From Gemmatimonadales bacterium (lineage in GTDB: Bacteria; Gemmatimonadota; Gemmatimonadetes; Gemmatimonadales; JACORV01): a DNA stretch of 64,000 nucleotides. The stretch's first letter is position 1. Every line of letters begins with the position of its first letter. The notes beneath the pieces were generated by a model. It had not been told where the DNA came from. It did no database searches and was given only the letters and a program-made list of their open reading frames with translations. Location: positions 462,186 through 526,185 of the forward strand of contig JBEKVZ010000002.1 of the NCBI GenBank assembly GCA_049513575.1, in the 5' to 3' direction. Position numbers and translations under genes: made by a program. Shown piece after piece: positions 39,702-50,415 of the stretch.

Positions 39702-41345
39702 ATGCCCCGCGGCGTCCGCAACCAGCTGGCAGTGTACCTTGGCGACCTCTTCGCCGTGGCCGGCGCCGCGTTGCTCGCCGCGGACCTGCTCCCCGCGTTG
39801 AGACATGGCGTCTCGCCCGGTGCGGTTGCCGACCTGGTGCTGGTGGCGACGGGACTGTTTGCACACCGGGTCGCCCTGGCGTCGCACCGCGAGGGGCCCG
39901 TGGTAGCTCTCGCCTTTCTGGTCATCGGGTCCCTGATCGTTGCGTGGCTCACGGAGCGGTGGTGGGTGCCGGCCGGTGCGGGCGCCGTGGTGGTGGCGGC
40001 GGCGCCACAATTCCTGCCGGCGAAGCGGGCCGTGGTCTGGAGCCTGGCCGGCGCGCTGATGGGTCTCGCGGGGATTGTGGCCGGGAGGGCGACCGCGGTG
40101 ATCGCGGCCGCCACCGTCGCCGCGGTAGGCGTGGTGTCGTTCCGGCTTGCGGCGGGACTGCGCGGGGCGGCGTCGCGCACCGCTGCCGAGCTGGAGCAGG
40201 CCCTCGAGCTGGAGCGGCTGCGGTCGGCGGAGATCCTGGCGCGGGTCAACCGGCTGGAGACTCGCGCGCAGGACGGTGCGAGGCGCCCGGTGCTGCGTGC
40301 GGTCTTGAGCCGGCGGCTGAGCGTGGTGCAGGCCGTGGCGTGGACCATCGCGCGGGACCTCAGGCGGGCGCTCTCGCTGGGCGCGGCGGAGGTCTCGACC
40401 GCGGCGAGCCGGAACGCCGCCCGGGCTGAGCAACTCGCGCACCTGGCTGCGGGCGGGGAGGCCCGGGAGCGCGAGACCACCCTCTCGCTCGTCTGGCCCC
40501 GCGTTCTCGACCATGTCGGCACCGCAGTCGGGGAGTCGCACCATTTCGAGGTATCGTTCCCGGATACGCTCCCTCCGATCGTGGGCGGGACCGAGGAATG
40601 GTCGCAGGTGCTCGCTGCCCTGGTGGAGAACGCGCTCGAGGCCATGCCGCGCGGCGGGGTCGTGGCCGCGAGCGCGGAGATCAGCGACCGGCCCGGGTTC
40701 GCACGGATCGTGGTCCAGGACAACGGTCCCGGGATCCCGCCCGCGCTGCTGCCCCACGTCCTGGAGCCGTTCTACACGTCGCGAGCCGAGCAGGGGGCCG
40801 AGGGGCTTGGCCTCGCCACGGTCGCTTCGCTCGTCGAGGCGCTGGACGGCGAAGTGCACGTGACGTCGTCGAGCGCGGGCACCAGAATCGAGATCGAGGT
40901 CCCGTTCTACGCGGCTGCCGCCCGCCCCGAGGCAGCGGCGCCGATGCAGCTTGAAGGAACGGTGCTGGTCGCGGAAGACGACAAGGACTTCCGCCGTAGC
41001 CTGGTCCGCCTGCTGGAGAGCTTCGGCTTGGAGACGCTCGACGTGGACAGCGGCACCGTGGCGCTGGCCCATCTGAGGGCTCGGCCCGAGCGGTTTCGCG
41101 CCGCGATCCTCGATCTGGTGATGGAGGGGACACCGGTGGCGGAAGTCGTTCTCGCGATCCGCGAAAAGCGGCCGGCGTTTCCGTGCCTGCTGATATCGGG
41201 GCTGACCACGGCGCGCCTGGTGGACAGCCTGCTGGCGCTGGGAGGCGTGCGCTTCCTGAAGAAGCCGTTCACGCGAGAGGAGTTGTTCTACACTCTCCGA
41301 GACCTGTTCACGGTCGAAACGCCGGCCGCCGGCGCGAAGGCATAG
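39702..41345 (+). CDS. Membrane hybrid kinase-like protein (TMs + degenerate HisKA + HATPase + REC)
   Basis: Multiple TMs; ENALEAM, DNGPGI, LEPFYT, GLGL; REC VAEDD..ILDLVM..ISG..KKPF; H-box reads IARDLRRAL. Confidence 0.85.
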   Translation: MPRGVRNQLAVYLGDLFAVAGAALLAADLLPALRHGVSPGAVADLVLVATGLFAHRVALASHREGPVVALAFLVIGSLIVAWLTERWWVPAGAGAVVVAAAPQFLPAKRAVVWSLAGALMGLAGIVAGRATAVIAAATVAAVGVVSFRLAAGLRGAASRTAAELEQALELERLRSAEILARVNRLETRAQDGARRPVLRAVLSRRLSVVQAVAWTIARDLRRALSLGAAEVSTAASRNAARAEQLAHLAAGGEARERETTLSLVWPRVLDHVGTAVGESHHFEVSFPDTLPPIVGGTEEWSQVLAALVENALEAMPRGGVVAASAEISDRPGFARIVVQDNGPGIPPALLPHVLEPFYTSRAEQGAEGLGLATVASLVEALDGEVHVTSSSAGTRIEIEVPFYAAAARPEAAAPMQLEGTVLVAEDDKDFRRSLVRLLESFGLETLDVDSGTVALAHLRARPERFRAAILDLVMEGTPVAEVVLAIREKRPAFPCLLISGLTTARLVDSLLALGGVRFLKKPFTREELFYTLRDLFTVETPAAGAKA

Positions 41346-41351
41346 CTCGCC

Positions 41352-41918
41352 TCAGTCGAGCCAGAGCGTCCGCTGCCCGGCGTCGGTCCGCTGCTTCGGT
41401 TCCTGTGGGCTGGCGGGATAGCCAAGGGAGAGGACGGCGACGATGCGGTGGCCGGCGGGGAGCCGGACCAACTCCTGGACGCCGGCATCGTCCATCATGC
41501 CTCCGGTGCGCAGGTAGCTCCCCAGTCCCTCCGCGGTGGCCGCGATCAGCAGGTTCTGCGCCGCCATCATCGTGGCGGCGTAGTCCTCCTCCCGCCGCAC
41601 GGGGTCGTCGGAGACGGCGCACATCACGACGACGAAGACGGGGGTGTCTAACGCCTCCCGGTACGTCTTCTCGATCGCCTTCGTCGCCTCGGGCGAGGCG
41701 GGGTCGGCGAACCTCGTCGCGCGGTGGGCGCGCTTTATTTCCGCGAACCGCACTGCGTTGCTGCGGCCCAGTACGGCGAAGCGCCACGGCTCGGTGAGCT
41801 TGTGGTTGGGAGCGCGCACGGCGGCCGCGAGCAGCCGCTCGAGCACGGCGCGCGGCACCGGCCGATCCGCGAAGGCCCGCGTCGAGGTGCGGGCCGCGAT
41901 GGCATCGTAGGCGTCCAT
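41352..41918 (-). CDS. Nitroreductase family protein (YdjA-like)
   Basis: RTSTRAF, RAPNHKLTEPWRF, AQNLLIAATAEGLG, LGYP. Confidence 0.9.
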   Translation of the reverse strand: MDAYDAIAARTSTRAFADRPVPRAVLERLLAAAVRAPNHKLTEPWRFAVLGRSNAVRFAEIKRAHRATRFADPASPEATKAIEKTYREALDTPVFVVVMCAVSDDPVRREEDYAATMMAAQNLLIAATAEGLGSYLRTGGMMDDAGVQELVRLPAGHRIVAVLSLGYPASPQEPKQRTDAGQRTLWLD

Positions 41919-42005
41919 GCTGCAATTCTAGCCGTCCGCCCTTGTCCGCGGCAGGCGCGCGCCATAGCGTTCCCCGGTCCTCTCTCGTCCTGGAAGGGCT
42001 ACGCC

Positions 42006-43001
42006 ATGCCGCGCACCGAGTTCATCAGCACCGGCTTCTACGTGCCGGAGCGCGTCGTCAAGAACGACGAGTTCACCCAGTGGATGGACACGTCGGACGA
42101 GTGGATCCGCACGCGCACGGGCATCACGGAGCGGCGCTGGGTGGCGGAGGGACAGTCCGGGGCGGACATCGCGTACGAGGCGTCCATGCTGGCGCTGGGG
42201 CGCGCGGGGCTCAAGCCCTCGGACCTCGACTGCATCATCTACTGCACGCTGTCCCCGGACTACTTCTTCCCGGGCACCGGCGTCTTCCTGCAGCGGAAGC
42301 TCGGGGTGCCGGAGATCCCGTGCCTCGACGTCCGCAACCAGTGCACCGGGTTTCTGTACGGTCTCTCCGTCGCGGACGCCTGGATCCGGACCGGCCAGTT
42401 CAAGCGCGTCCTCCTGGTGGGCTCCGAGGTGCATTCGACCGGAATGGACCTGTCCACTCGGGGCCGAGATCTATCGGTCCTGTTCGGAGACGGGGCTGGG
42501 GTCGCGATCCTCGGCCCGACTGGCGATGACGGGCGCGGTGTCCTTTCGACCCACATCTTCGCCGATGGGCGGTATGCGGAGCTGCTGTTCTCAGAGGCCC
42601 CCGCCTCGGCCCACCACCCGCGCATCTCGCACGAGGACCTCGATGCGGGGAAGCACTACGGCCGCATGCAGGGCAAGGAGGTCTTCAAGCACGCCTCCAC
42701 CCGGATGCCGGAGTCGGTGCAGCTGGCGCTGAAGACCAACGGGTTCACGCCGCAGGACATCAAGCTCCTGATCCCGCACCAGGCCAACCTGCGCATCTCG
42801 GAGATGGTGCAGCGACAGCTCGGGCTCCGGGACGACCAGATCTACAACAACATCCAGCGCTACGGGAACACCACGGCGGGCTCGATCCCGATCGCGCTGG
42901 ACGAGTGCGTGCAGGCGGGGAGGCTGGCTCGAGGAGATCTGCTGATGCTGACGGCGTTCGGATCCGGCTTCACCTGGGGGAGCGCGGCGATACGATGGTA
43001 G
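42006..43001 (+). CDS. fabH: 3-oxoacyl-ACP synthase III
   Basis: TGITERR, NQCTGF (Cys), FGDGAG, PHQAN (His), GNT (Asn), FGSGFTWG. Confidence 0.95.
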   Translation: MPRTEFISTGFYVPERVVKNDEFTQWMDTSDEWIRTRTGITERRWVAEGQSGADIAYEASMLALGRAGLKPSDLDCIIYCTLSPDYFFPGTGVFLQRKLGVPEIPCLDVRNQCTGFLYGLSVADAWIRTGQFKRVLLVGSEVHSTGMDLSTRGRDLSVLFGDGAGVAILGPTGDDGRGVLSTHIFADGRYAELLFSEAPASAHHPRISHEDLDAGKHYGRMQGKEVFKHASTRMPESVQLALKTNGFTPQDIKLLIPHQANLRISEMVQRQLGLRDDQIYNNIQRYGNTTAGSIPIALDECVQAGRLARGDLLMLTAFGSGFTWGSAAIRW

Positions 43002-43170
43002 ACGGTGAGAGGTTAGGGGGCAGAGGTGAGACGGCGACGTGAGACGTGAGAGGCGGAAAGGCGTGAGAGGTGAGATGGGCGATGTGCAGCGCGACCTCTC
43101 GCCTCTCACCGGATCTACTCACCTTTCACTTTTCGCCTTCTCACTCGTCACTGTCCCTCACCTCTCACCA
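43002..43170. repeat. Second GTGAGA/TCTCAC fold-back element between convergent fabH and phosphoesterase
   Basis: GTGAGACGGCGACGTGAGA at 43026-43044 is identical to 20073-20091; CTCAC-rich right arm. Confidence 0.8.
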
Positions 43171-45550
43171 GCATCGCCGAGTGTCTCGGCGCCGGCATGG
43201 GCGTCGATCTCGCCGACGCCCAAATCTCGCGATTCAAGACCTCCTCGTCGGCGAAGTCCGGCCTGAGGAACACCCTGGGGTTCAGCGAGGAACGGAAGCC
43301 CACGGGATTCCGCTCGTCGAGGCGCCACAGCGCGGGCAGGGCGGCAAAGGGCGCGGTGTCCGCTGCCGTGGTGAACGCCGCGAACAGCGGATCGGCGGAG
43401 GCATCGTACTGGCTCATCGGCTTGATGCCGAGGATCAGCTCGATCGTCCGCAGCACCGACGCCGTCGTGTAGAAACTGCTGTCCACCGTGCCGCGCCGCA
43501 CGTACGGGCTCATCACCAGAAGCGGCGAGCGGTGGGCGTCCACGTGGTCCGGCCCGTTCTGGGCGTCGTCCTCGAGGACGAAGACGGCCGTCTCCTTCCA
43601 GAACCGCGAGCGCGCGAGCCCCTCGATCATGCGCCCGAGGGCCCGGTCGTTCTCCGCGACCATCGCCCGCGGCGTGGGGCGTCCGGCCGCCCGCCCGTAG
43701 GTGTGATCGTTCGGCAGATCGAGGATCATCAGCTGGGGCAGGGTGCCACCGGCCTCAGCCTGGCCCAGCTCGCGCAGGAACTCGTCCACGCGCACGCTGT
43801 CCGTGATGTCCAGGTCCCAGCCGGTGAAGTGCACGTCGGTGACCGCCTCCAGGCCCTTGTCGTCCGCCCGGGAGATGTGGGCCGCCGTGTCCCACTGCGT
43901 CATCTCGCCGTAGTTGCGCACCGACACGCCGGCGCGGCGGGCCGCATCCCACAGGTAGCCGGCCAGGGGATCGAGGGCGGGGAGCCCGGCGAGGAAGTCC
44001 CACTCGCGGCGGCCGCTGTAGTTGGCGGGCCAGGTCTTGTCCACGTAGTCGCCCGCGTACGCGGCGTCGGACCACATGTGCCCGTCGGCGCTCACGTCGC
44101 CGTCCACGTAGAAGTTGTCGAACAGCGTGAACGCGCTCGCGAGCGCGTGGGCGTTGGGGGTCACGCTGTCGCCGAAGATCGCCAGCGATGCGTCGCCGTT
44201 GCCGCGGGCGACGTCGCCGAATACCTGGTCGTAGGTGCGGTTCTCGCGGATGACGTAGAGCACGTGGCGGATCGGCGAGGGCTGGCCCACCGTCGACGGA
44301 ATCGGCGAGCCGGCCGGCCACGCGGATCGCTCCAGCAGCGCGTTGCTGTAGGGAGAGTTGGCCAGCACCTGTCCCGTGTACTCGCGCAGCGCCGCGGCGT
44401 CGGGGACCCGGATCGCCGACAGGCTCCCCTTGAGGAGCGCCCCGATGTACTGGTCGCGCCCCCGCGCACCGGGCGCCGTCGGGCCGTTCGGGTTCGGGAG
44501 CGAGCCGCCCCCCTTGCCGTTGGCCACGTAGAGCGTCCGGCCGTCGCCGGAGAGCGCGACCGCGGTCGGGTACCACCCCGTGGGGATCAGGCCCGTGACA
44601 CGCGGCCCGTCCTCGCGGCCGAGCTCCACGACGGCGACGGCGTTGTTGTCGGCGTTCGCGACGTACAGCGTCCGGCCGTCGGGCGAGAGCGCGAGAGCGT
44701 TGGGGGTGCTGCCGTGCGGGGCCTGCGCCGTAAGCCCCAAGGCGATCGTCGCTTCGACCCGGCCTTCCGCGAGGTCCACCACCGAGACGGCGTCGGCCCC
44801 GGCGTGCGCGACGTACAGCGTGCGCCCGTCGCGGCTGATCGCCATCGCCGAGGGCCGTGGCGCCACGGTGACGCTGCCCTGCGGCCGGAGCCTCCCTTCG
44901 CCGACGGTGAAGCGGCTCACCGTGCTGTCGTTCCAGTTGGAGACGTAGAGCGTCCCTCCGTCGGGCGAGAACGCGGCCGTGTACGGGTGCCCTCCGGTGC
45001 GCGCGCCGGCCGTGCGGCTCAGCGTCGCGGCGTCGAGCAGGTAGACGGAGTCGGCGAGATTCCCCACCACCGCGAGGTAGCGGCCGTCGGGCGTCAGGGC
45101 GAGGCCTGCGGCGAACAGCGCCGCGCCCGAGTCGGCCAGCACCGCGCTGTCGGCGCGCTGCCACCGCCCGGCGACCTCCCGCAGCCGCCAGACGCGGTTG
45201 GTCGTGCCTCCCGACGCGAAGACGTCGCCGTTCCCGGCCACCGCGAGGCCGAGCCACGTCGCCGAGAGCGGCACCGAATCCGTCACCGCCCAGCGCTGCG
45301 GGTCCACGACGTCCAGCCCGTTCGCCGAGTAGCCGCTCAGGAGCGCCAGCACCCGCCCGTCCGGCAGCGTCGCCAGCGCGAGCGGCAGCGTCCCCACGGG
45401 GACCGACCGGCCCGCCGGGCTGATGCGCCAGCCGTTGGAGAGCAGGACCGTGCCGTCGGGCAGTCGGCCCGGCACGAGGCGCTTGGCGGCGGACCACGCC
45501 ACGAGGGTGGCGGCGGCGAGGAGAACGGGAACGGCGAGGCGAACGCGCAT
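43148..45550 (-). CDS. Secreted YVTN/YncE beta-propeller + phosphoesterase (alkaline-phosphatase-like) protein
   Basis: Signal peptide; repeats LALSPDGRTLYVAN; IRENRTYDQ, DVSADGH, PNDHT, EDDAQNGPDHVDAHRS. Confidence 0.87.
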   Translation of the reverse strand: MRVRLAVPVLLAAATLVAWSAAKRLVPGRLPDGTVLLSNGWRISPAGRSVPVGTLPLALATLPDGRVLALLSGYSANGLDVVDPQRWAVTDSVPLSATWLGLAVAGNGDVFASGGTTNRVWRLREVAGRWQRADSAVLADSGAALFAAGLALTPDGRYLAVVGNLADSVYLLDAATLSRTAGARTGGHPYTAAFSPDGGTLYVSNWNDSTVSRFTVGEGRLRPQGSVTVAPRPSAMAISRDGRTLYVAHAGADAVSVVDLAEGRVEATIALGLTAQAPHGSTPNALALSPDGRTLYVANADNNAVAVVELGREDGPRVTGLIPTGWYPTAVALSGDGRTLYVANGKGGGSLPNPNGPTAPGARGRDQYIGALLKGSLSAIRVPDAAALREYTGQVLANSPYSNALLERSAWPAGSPIPSTVGQPSPIRHVLYVIRENRTYDQVFGDVARGNGDASLAIFGDSVTPNAHALASAFTLFDNFYVDGDVSADGHMWSDAAYAGDYVDKTWPANYSGRREWDFLAGLPALDPLAGYLWDAARRAGVSVRNYGEMTQWDTAAHISRADDKGLEAVTDVHFTGWDLDITDSVRVDEFLRELGQAEAGGTLPQLMILDLPNDHTYGRAAGRPTPRAMVAENDRALGRMIEGLARSRFWKETAVFVLEDDAQNGPDHVDAHRSPLLVMSPYVRRGTVDSSFYTTASVLRTIELILGIKPMSQYDASADPLFAAFTTAADTAPFAALPALWRLDERNPVGFRSSLNPRVFLRPDFADEEVLNREIWASARSTPMPAPRHSAMLVRGEGQ

Positions 45551-45591
45551 TGGGTCGCTTGGCGATGAGGACGGCTGTAATTTGAGCACCT

Positions 45592-47631
45592 ATGCCCGCT
45601 CCCTTCAAGTCGACCGCGCAGGATCTCGATCTGCTCTGCGTCAACACCATCCGCACGCTGGCGATGGACGCGGTGCAGAAGGCGAACTCGGGACACCCGG
45701 GAACGCCGATGTCCCTGGCGCCGCTCGCGTACGTGCTGTACACGCGGCATCTGCGCCACAATCCGCGGCATCCGGAGTGGCCGGACCGGGACCGGTTCGT
45801 CCTGTCCGCGGGGCACGCCTCGATGCTGTTGTACGCCACGCTGCACCTGGCAGGGTACGACCTCTCGCTCGACGATCTGAAGCAGTTCCGGCAGTGGGGG
45901 AGCCGGACGCCGGGGCACCCGGAGCACGGCGTCGCCCCCGGGGTCGAGACGACGACGGGCCCGCTGGGCCAGGGGTTCGCCAATGGGGTGGGGATGGCGA
46001 TCGCCGAAGCCCATCTCGCGGCGCGGTTCAACCGGGCCGGCCACGCGCTCGTGGATCACCGGACGTTCGCGATCGTGAGCGACGGCGACCTCATGGAGGG
46101 GATCTCCCACGAGGCGGCGTCGCTCGCCGGCCACCTGAGGCTCGGGAAGCTGATCTACCTGTACGACGACAACCACATCACGATCGAGGGCTCGACGGAC
46201 CTGGCCTTCAGCGAGGACGTGGCGCAGCGGTTCGCCGGCTACGGGTGGCACGTCCAGCGCGTGGGCGACGGCAACGACCTTGCCGCGCTGGACGCGGCCA
46301 TCGGCGCGGCCACGGCCGAAGCCGCGCGGCCGTCGTTGATCATCGTCCGCACGCACATCGCCTGGGGGAGCCCGCACAAGCAGGACACCGCCGAGGCGCA
46401 CGGCGCGCCGCTCGGCGCGGAGGAGATCGCGCTGACCAAGGCCGCGTATGGGTGGCCCGCGGACGCGCAGTTCCTCGTGCCGGAAGAGGTGCGCGGGCAC
46501 TTCGGCCGCTGCGTGGAGCGCGGCGCGAAGCTGGAAGCGGAGTGGGACGCCCGGCGAACCGCGTACGAACGGCAGTTCCCCGACCTCGCCGCCGAGTGGC
46601 GCGCGGCGCTGGCGGGCGAGCTGCCTCCCGGCTGGGAGAGCGCGCTGCCGGCCTTCAAGCCGGAGGACGGCTCGCAGGCCACGCGCGCGTGGTCGCAGAA
46701 GGTCATCAACGCGATCGCGCCCGTCGTGCCCACCCTGGTGGGCGGCGCGGCCGACCTGGCGCCCTCCACCAACACGCTCATCAAGGGCGGCGGCGACCTC
46801 GAGCGGGGGAGCTTCGGCGCGCGCAACATGCACTTCGGCATCCGCGAGCACGCGATGGGCGGCGTGCTGAACGGGATGGCGCTGCACCGCGGCGTGCGCC
46901 CCTACGGCGCGACCTTCCTCGTCTTCTCCGACTACATGCGTCCGTCGCTCCGGCTGGCCGCGCTGATGGAGCTTCCGGTCATCGTGGTGTTCACGCACGA
47001 CAGCGTCGGGCTGGGCGAGGACGGGCCGACGCACCAGCCCGTCGAGCAGCTCGCCGCGCTGCGGGCGATCCCCGGGATGACGGTCATCCGTCCCGCCGAC
47101 GGGCCGGAGACGGTGGCGGCGTGGCGGGCGGCCCTGCTGCACGGGGACGGACCGACGCTCATCGTGCTCAGCAGGCAGAAGGTCCCGGTCATCGACCGCG
47201 CGCGGTACGCGCCGGCGGACGGTCTGCTCCGGGGCGGCTACGTGCTCGCCGAGGCGAGTGGCGGGACGGCGCGCCTGCTGCTGCTGGCCACGGGCTCGGA
47301 GGTGGGGCTCGTGCTGGCGGCGCGTGAGATCCTGGAGAAGGAGGGCGTGCCCACCCGGGTGGTCAGCATGCCGAGCCTCGAGATCTTCGCGCGGCAGGAC
47401 GCCGGCTACCGCGATGCGGTGCTCCCGCCCGCGGTGAGCGCCCGCGTGGCCGTCGAGACGGCGGCCGCTTTCGGTTGGCATCGCTGGGTGGGCTCGGCCG
47501 GCGACGTCCTGAGCATCGAGCACTTCGGCGCGTCGGCGCCGTATGAGCGGATCTTCCAGGAATTCGGCTTCACCGCCGAGAACGTGGCGAAGCGGGCCCG
47601 CGCCGTGCTGGCGCGCGTCCGCGGCGCCTGA
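45592..47631 (+). CDS. tkt: Transketolase
   Basis: [41 protein letters not shown]. Confidence 0.97.
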   Translation: MPAPFKSTAQDLDLLCVNTIRTLAMDAVQKANSGHPGTPMSLAPLAYVLYTRHLRHNPRHPEWPDRDRFVLSAGHASMLLYATLHLAGYDLSLDDLKQFRQWGSRTPGHPEHGVAPGVETTTGPLGQGFANGVGMAIAEAHLAARFNRAGHALVDHRTFAIVSDGDLMEGISHEAASLAGHLRLGKLIYLYDDNHITIEGSTDLAFSEDVAQRFAGYGWHVQRVGDGNDLAALDAAIGAATAEAARPSLIIVRTHIAWGSPHKQDTAEAHGAPLGAEEIALTKAAYGWPADAQFLVPEEVRGHFGRCVERGAKLEAEWDARRTAYERQFPDLAAEWRAALAGELPPGWESALPAFKPEDGSQATRAWSQKVINAIAPVVPTLVGGAADLAPSTNTLIKGGGDLERGSFGARNMHFGIREHAMGGVLNGMALHRGVRPYGATFLVFSDYMRPSLRLAALMELPVIVVFTHDSVGLGEDGPTHQPVEQLAALRAIPGMTVIRPADGPETVAAWRAALLHGDGPTLIVLSRQKVPVIDRARYAPADGLLRGGYVLAEASGGTARLLLLATGSEVGLVLAAREILEKEGVPTRVVSMPSLEIFARQDAGYRDAVLPPAVSARVAVETAAAFGWHRWVGSAGDVLSIEHFGASAPYERIFQEFGFTAENVAKRARAVLARVRGA

Positions 47632-47640
47632 GGAGGCCCC

Positions 47641-50415
47641 GTGGGCCCAGTCGAGAAGCTGCTGCAGCTCGGCCAGAGCGTCTGGCTCGACACGATCGAT
47701 CGCGACCTCGTGACCTCGGGCGGGCTGAAGCGCCTGGTGGAGCAGGAGGGGGTGCGCGGCGTCACGACGAACCCGACGATCTTCGAGCAGGCCCTGCGGC
47801 AGGGCAACGCCTACGACGCGGACGTGGCCTCCCTCGCCGCGACGGAGCTCGACGCGGCGGCGCTGTTCGAGAGGCTGGAGGTGGAGGATGTCGCGGCGGC
47901 CGCGGACGTGCTGCGGCCGGTGTACGAGTTGTCGCGCGGCGCTGACGGCTTCGTTTCGATCGAGGTGTCGCCGACGCAGGCGTTCGACACGGCCGGGACC
48001 ATCGCCGAGGCGCGCCGGCTCTGGTACCGCGTGGACCGGCCGAACGTGATGGTCAAGGTGCCAGGCACTGCCGAGGGGCTGCCGGCGATCGAGCAGCTGA
48101 TCGCTGACGGCGTGAACGTGAACATCACGCTGCTCTTCTCGGTGGCGACGTATCAGCGCGTGATCGAGGCGTACTTCGCCGGGCTCGAGCGGCGGGTGCG
48201 CTCGCACGAGCCGCTCGACGCGGTGCACTCGGTGGCCAGCTTCTTCGTGAGCCGCGTGGACACGGAGGCGGACAAGCGGCTCGTCGCGGCGGCGCAGGCA
48301 TCGGCCGACCCCGCGGCGCGCGCGCGGATCGAGGGGCTGCTGGCGAAGGCCGCGATCGCCAACGCGAAGCTGGCGTACCGGACCCATCTCGCCGCAGTCG
48401 GGACGCCGCGGTGGAAGGCGGTTGAGGCCAAGGGCGCGACGGTTCAGCGCCCGCTCTGGGCGAGCACCAGCACGAAGAACCCGAAGTACCCCGACACGAT
48501 GTACGTGGACGAGCTGATCGGGCCGGACACGGTCAACACTTTGCCGCTGGCTACGCTGCGGGCCTTCGCCGATCACGGCAAGGCGGAGCGGACGATCGAT
48601 CGCGACGTCGATGGCGCGCTCCGGGCGGTGGCGGACATCGAGGCGGCGGGAGTCAGCCTCAAGGACGTGACCGATTTCCTGGTGGTGGACGGCGTCAAGA
48701 AGTTCTCGGATTCGTACCACGCCCTCCTCGCGGCGCTCGAGACCAAGCGGGATCGTCTCCTGGCGGAGCGGCCCGTGCGGGCGTCGCGCCGCCTGCAGAA
48801 GTTCGACGCCGAGATCGACGCGCTGCTGGTGCAGGACGGCGCGCGCTGCGTTCGCGCACTGCTCGCGCGGGATCCCGGCCTGTGGTCGCAGGACGAGGCG
48901 GCGCAGCGGGAGATCGCCCAGCGGCTGGGGTGGCTCGACCTGCCAGCCGGGATGGCGCCCAAGCTCGCGGAGCTCCAGGCGTTCGCCGAGCAGGTGCGCG
49001 GCGGCGGCTTCACGCGCGTGGTGCTGCTCGGGATGGGGGGCTCGAGCCTCGCGCCGGAGACCTTCGCGAAGGTGTTCGGGTCGCGCGCGGGCTTCCCGAC
49101 GCTCAGCGTGCTGGACTCGACCGATCCCGCGTACGTCGCGGCGGTCGAGCGGGCCGCGCCGCTGGACCAGACGTTCTTCCTCGTGTCGAGCAAGTCGGGC
49201 ACGACGCTCGAGACGAGCGATCTGTTCGAGTACTTCTGGCAGCGGACCGGCGGCAAGAGCGGCGGGCAGTTCGCTGCGATCACGGACCCCGGCACGCCGC
49301 TGGCGGCGCTGGCGGCGGAGCGGAAGCTGCGGCGGGTCTTCGAGAACCCGCCCGACATCGGCGGTCGCTACAGCGCGCTCTCGTACTTCGGTCTGGTGCC
49401 GGCCGCGCTCATTGGCGCGGACCTGAAGGGTGTCCTCGAGCGCGCACGAGCGATGGCGGAGGCCTGCGCGGCGGCGGACAAGGTGGCCGCCAATCCCGGA
49501 GCGCGGCTGGCGGCCGCGTTCGCCGCCGGCTTCGCGGCGGGCCGCGACAAGGTCACGCTCGTGACGTCGCCGGAGCTGGCGTCGTTCGGCGCGTGGGCCG
49601 AGCAGCTCCTGGCGGAGAGTACGGGGAAGCGGGGCAAGGGACTGGTGCCGGTCGCGGGCGAGCCGCTCGGCGCGCCGACGGCCTACGGCAGCGACCGGCT
49701 GTTCGTTGCGCTGCTGCTGGACGGGTCGCCCGACGCGCCGGTGCAGGCGCTCGCCGCGCTGCAAGCCGCCGGCCACCCCGTCGTCCGCCTCGCACTCAGG
49801 GACCGGCTCGACCTCGGGGCCGAGTTCCAGCGCTGGGAGGTGGCGACGGCGCTGGCGGGCGCCTGGCTGGGGATCAACCCGTTCGATCAGCCGAACGTGG
49901 CGGAGAGCAAGGCGAACACGGATCGGGTGCTGAAGCAGCTGTTGGAAGGCCAAACCCCGAGCGTCCCCGCGGCGGTCGAGAGCGCGCGCTTCGGCGACGC
50001 GTTGGCCGCGTGGGCGGGCGGGGTCTCTCACGGCGACTACGTGGCGCTGCTGGCGTATCTGCCGCCGTCGCCGGAGCACGACGCGGCGCTGACGGCGATG
50101 CGCACGGCGATCCGCGACGCGCTGGGAGTCGCGACGACGGCGGCGTACGGGCCGCGCTACCTCCACTCGACTGGACAGCTTCACAAGGGCGGCACGCCAC
50201 GGGGCGCCTTCCTCGCGCTCGAGGCGGAAGGCGGCCCGCAGCTGAAGGTCCCCTTCGAGGACTACGCGTTCGGCACGCTGGAGCGGGCGCAGGAGCTCGG
50301 GGACCTGATCGCGCTCGAGCGCCGGGGCCGGCGCCTGCTGCGGCTCCGGCTCGGAGCCGGCGGCCTGGACGAAGTGCTGACGGCGCTCAGGGGGGCGCTC
50401 AAGGCGCGGGCGTAG
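47641..50415 (+). CDS. tal: Bifunctional transaldolase / phosphoglucose isomerase
   Basis: GVTTNPTIF, VMVKVP (Schiff-base Lys), FFVSRVD, LWAST; SIS domain GMGGS, SSKSGTT, IGGRYS, NPFDQP. Confidence 0.94.
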   Translation: MGPVEKLLQLGQSVWLDTIDRDLVTSGGLKRLVEQEGVRGVTTNPTIFEQALRQGNAYDADVASLAATELDAAALFERLEVEDVAAAADVLRPVYELSRGADGFVSIEVSPTQAFDTAGTIAEARRLWYRVDRPNVMVKVPGTAEGLPAIEQLIADGVNVNITLLFSVATYQRVIEAYFAGLERRVRSHEPLDAVHSVASFFVSRVDTEADKRLVAAAQASADPAARARIEGLLAKAAIANAKLAYRTHLAAVGTPRWKAVEAKGATVQRPLWASTSTKNPKYPDTMYVDELIGPDTVNTLPLATLRAFADHGKAERTIDRDVDGALRAVADIEAAGVSLKDVTDFLVVDGVKKFSDSYHALLAALETKRDRLLAERPVRASRRLQKFDAEIDALLVQDGARCVRALLARDPGLWSQDEAAQREIAQRLGWLDLPAGMAPKLAELQAFAEQVRGGGFTRVVLLGMGGSSLAPETFAKVFGSRAGFPTLSVLDSTDPAYVAAVERAAPLDQTFFLVSSKSGTTLETSDLFEYFWQRTGGKSGGQFAAITDPGTPLAALAAERKLRRVFENPPDIGGRYSALSYFGLVPAALIGADLKGVLERARAMAEACAAADKVAANPGARLAAAFAAGFAAGRDKVTLVTSPELASFGAWAEQLLAESTGKRGKGLVPVAGEPLGAPTAYGSDRLFVALLLDGSPDAPVQALAALQAAGHPVVRLALRDRLDLGAEFQRWEVATALAGAWLGINPFDQPNVAESKANTDRVLKQLLEGQTPSVPAAVESARFGDALAAWAGGVSHGDYVALLAYLPPSPEHDAALTAMRTAIRDALGVATTAAYGPRYLHSTGQLHKGGTPRGAFLALEAEGGPQLKVPFEDYAFGTLERAQELGDLIALERRGRRLLRLRLGAGGLDEVLTALRGALKARA

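Noticed and set aside
45337-50184. Very long antisense/alternate-frame ORFs (e.g. 45337-50184 minus, 20796-23864 plus, 30113-33199 plus, 60562-63606 minus)
   Set aside because: Arg/Gly/Pro-rich shadows of well-supported genes; stop codons are rare off-frame in high-GC coding DNA
47641-50415. Transaldolase-PGI fusion as a novelty
   Set aside because: A known bifunctional architecture, typically found next to tkt
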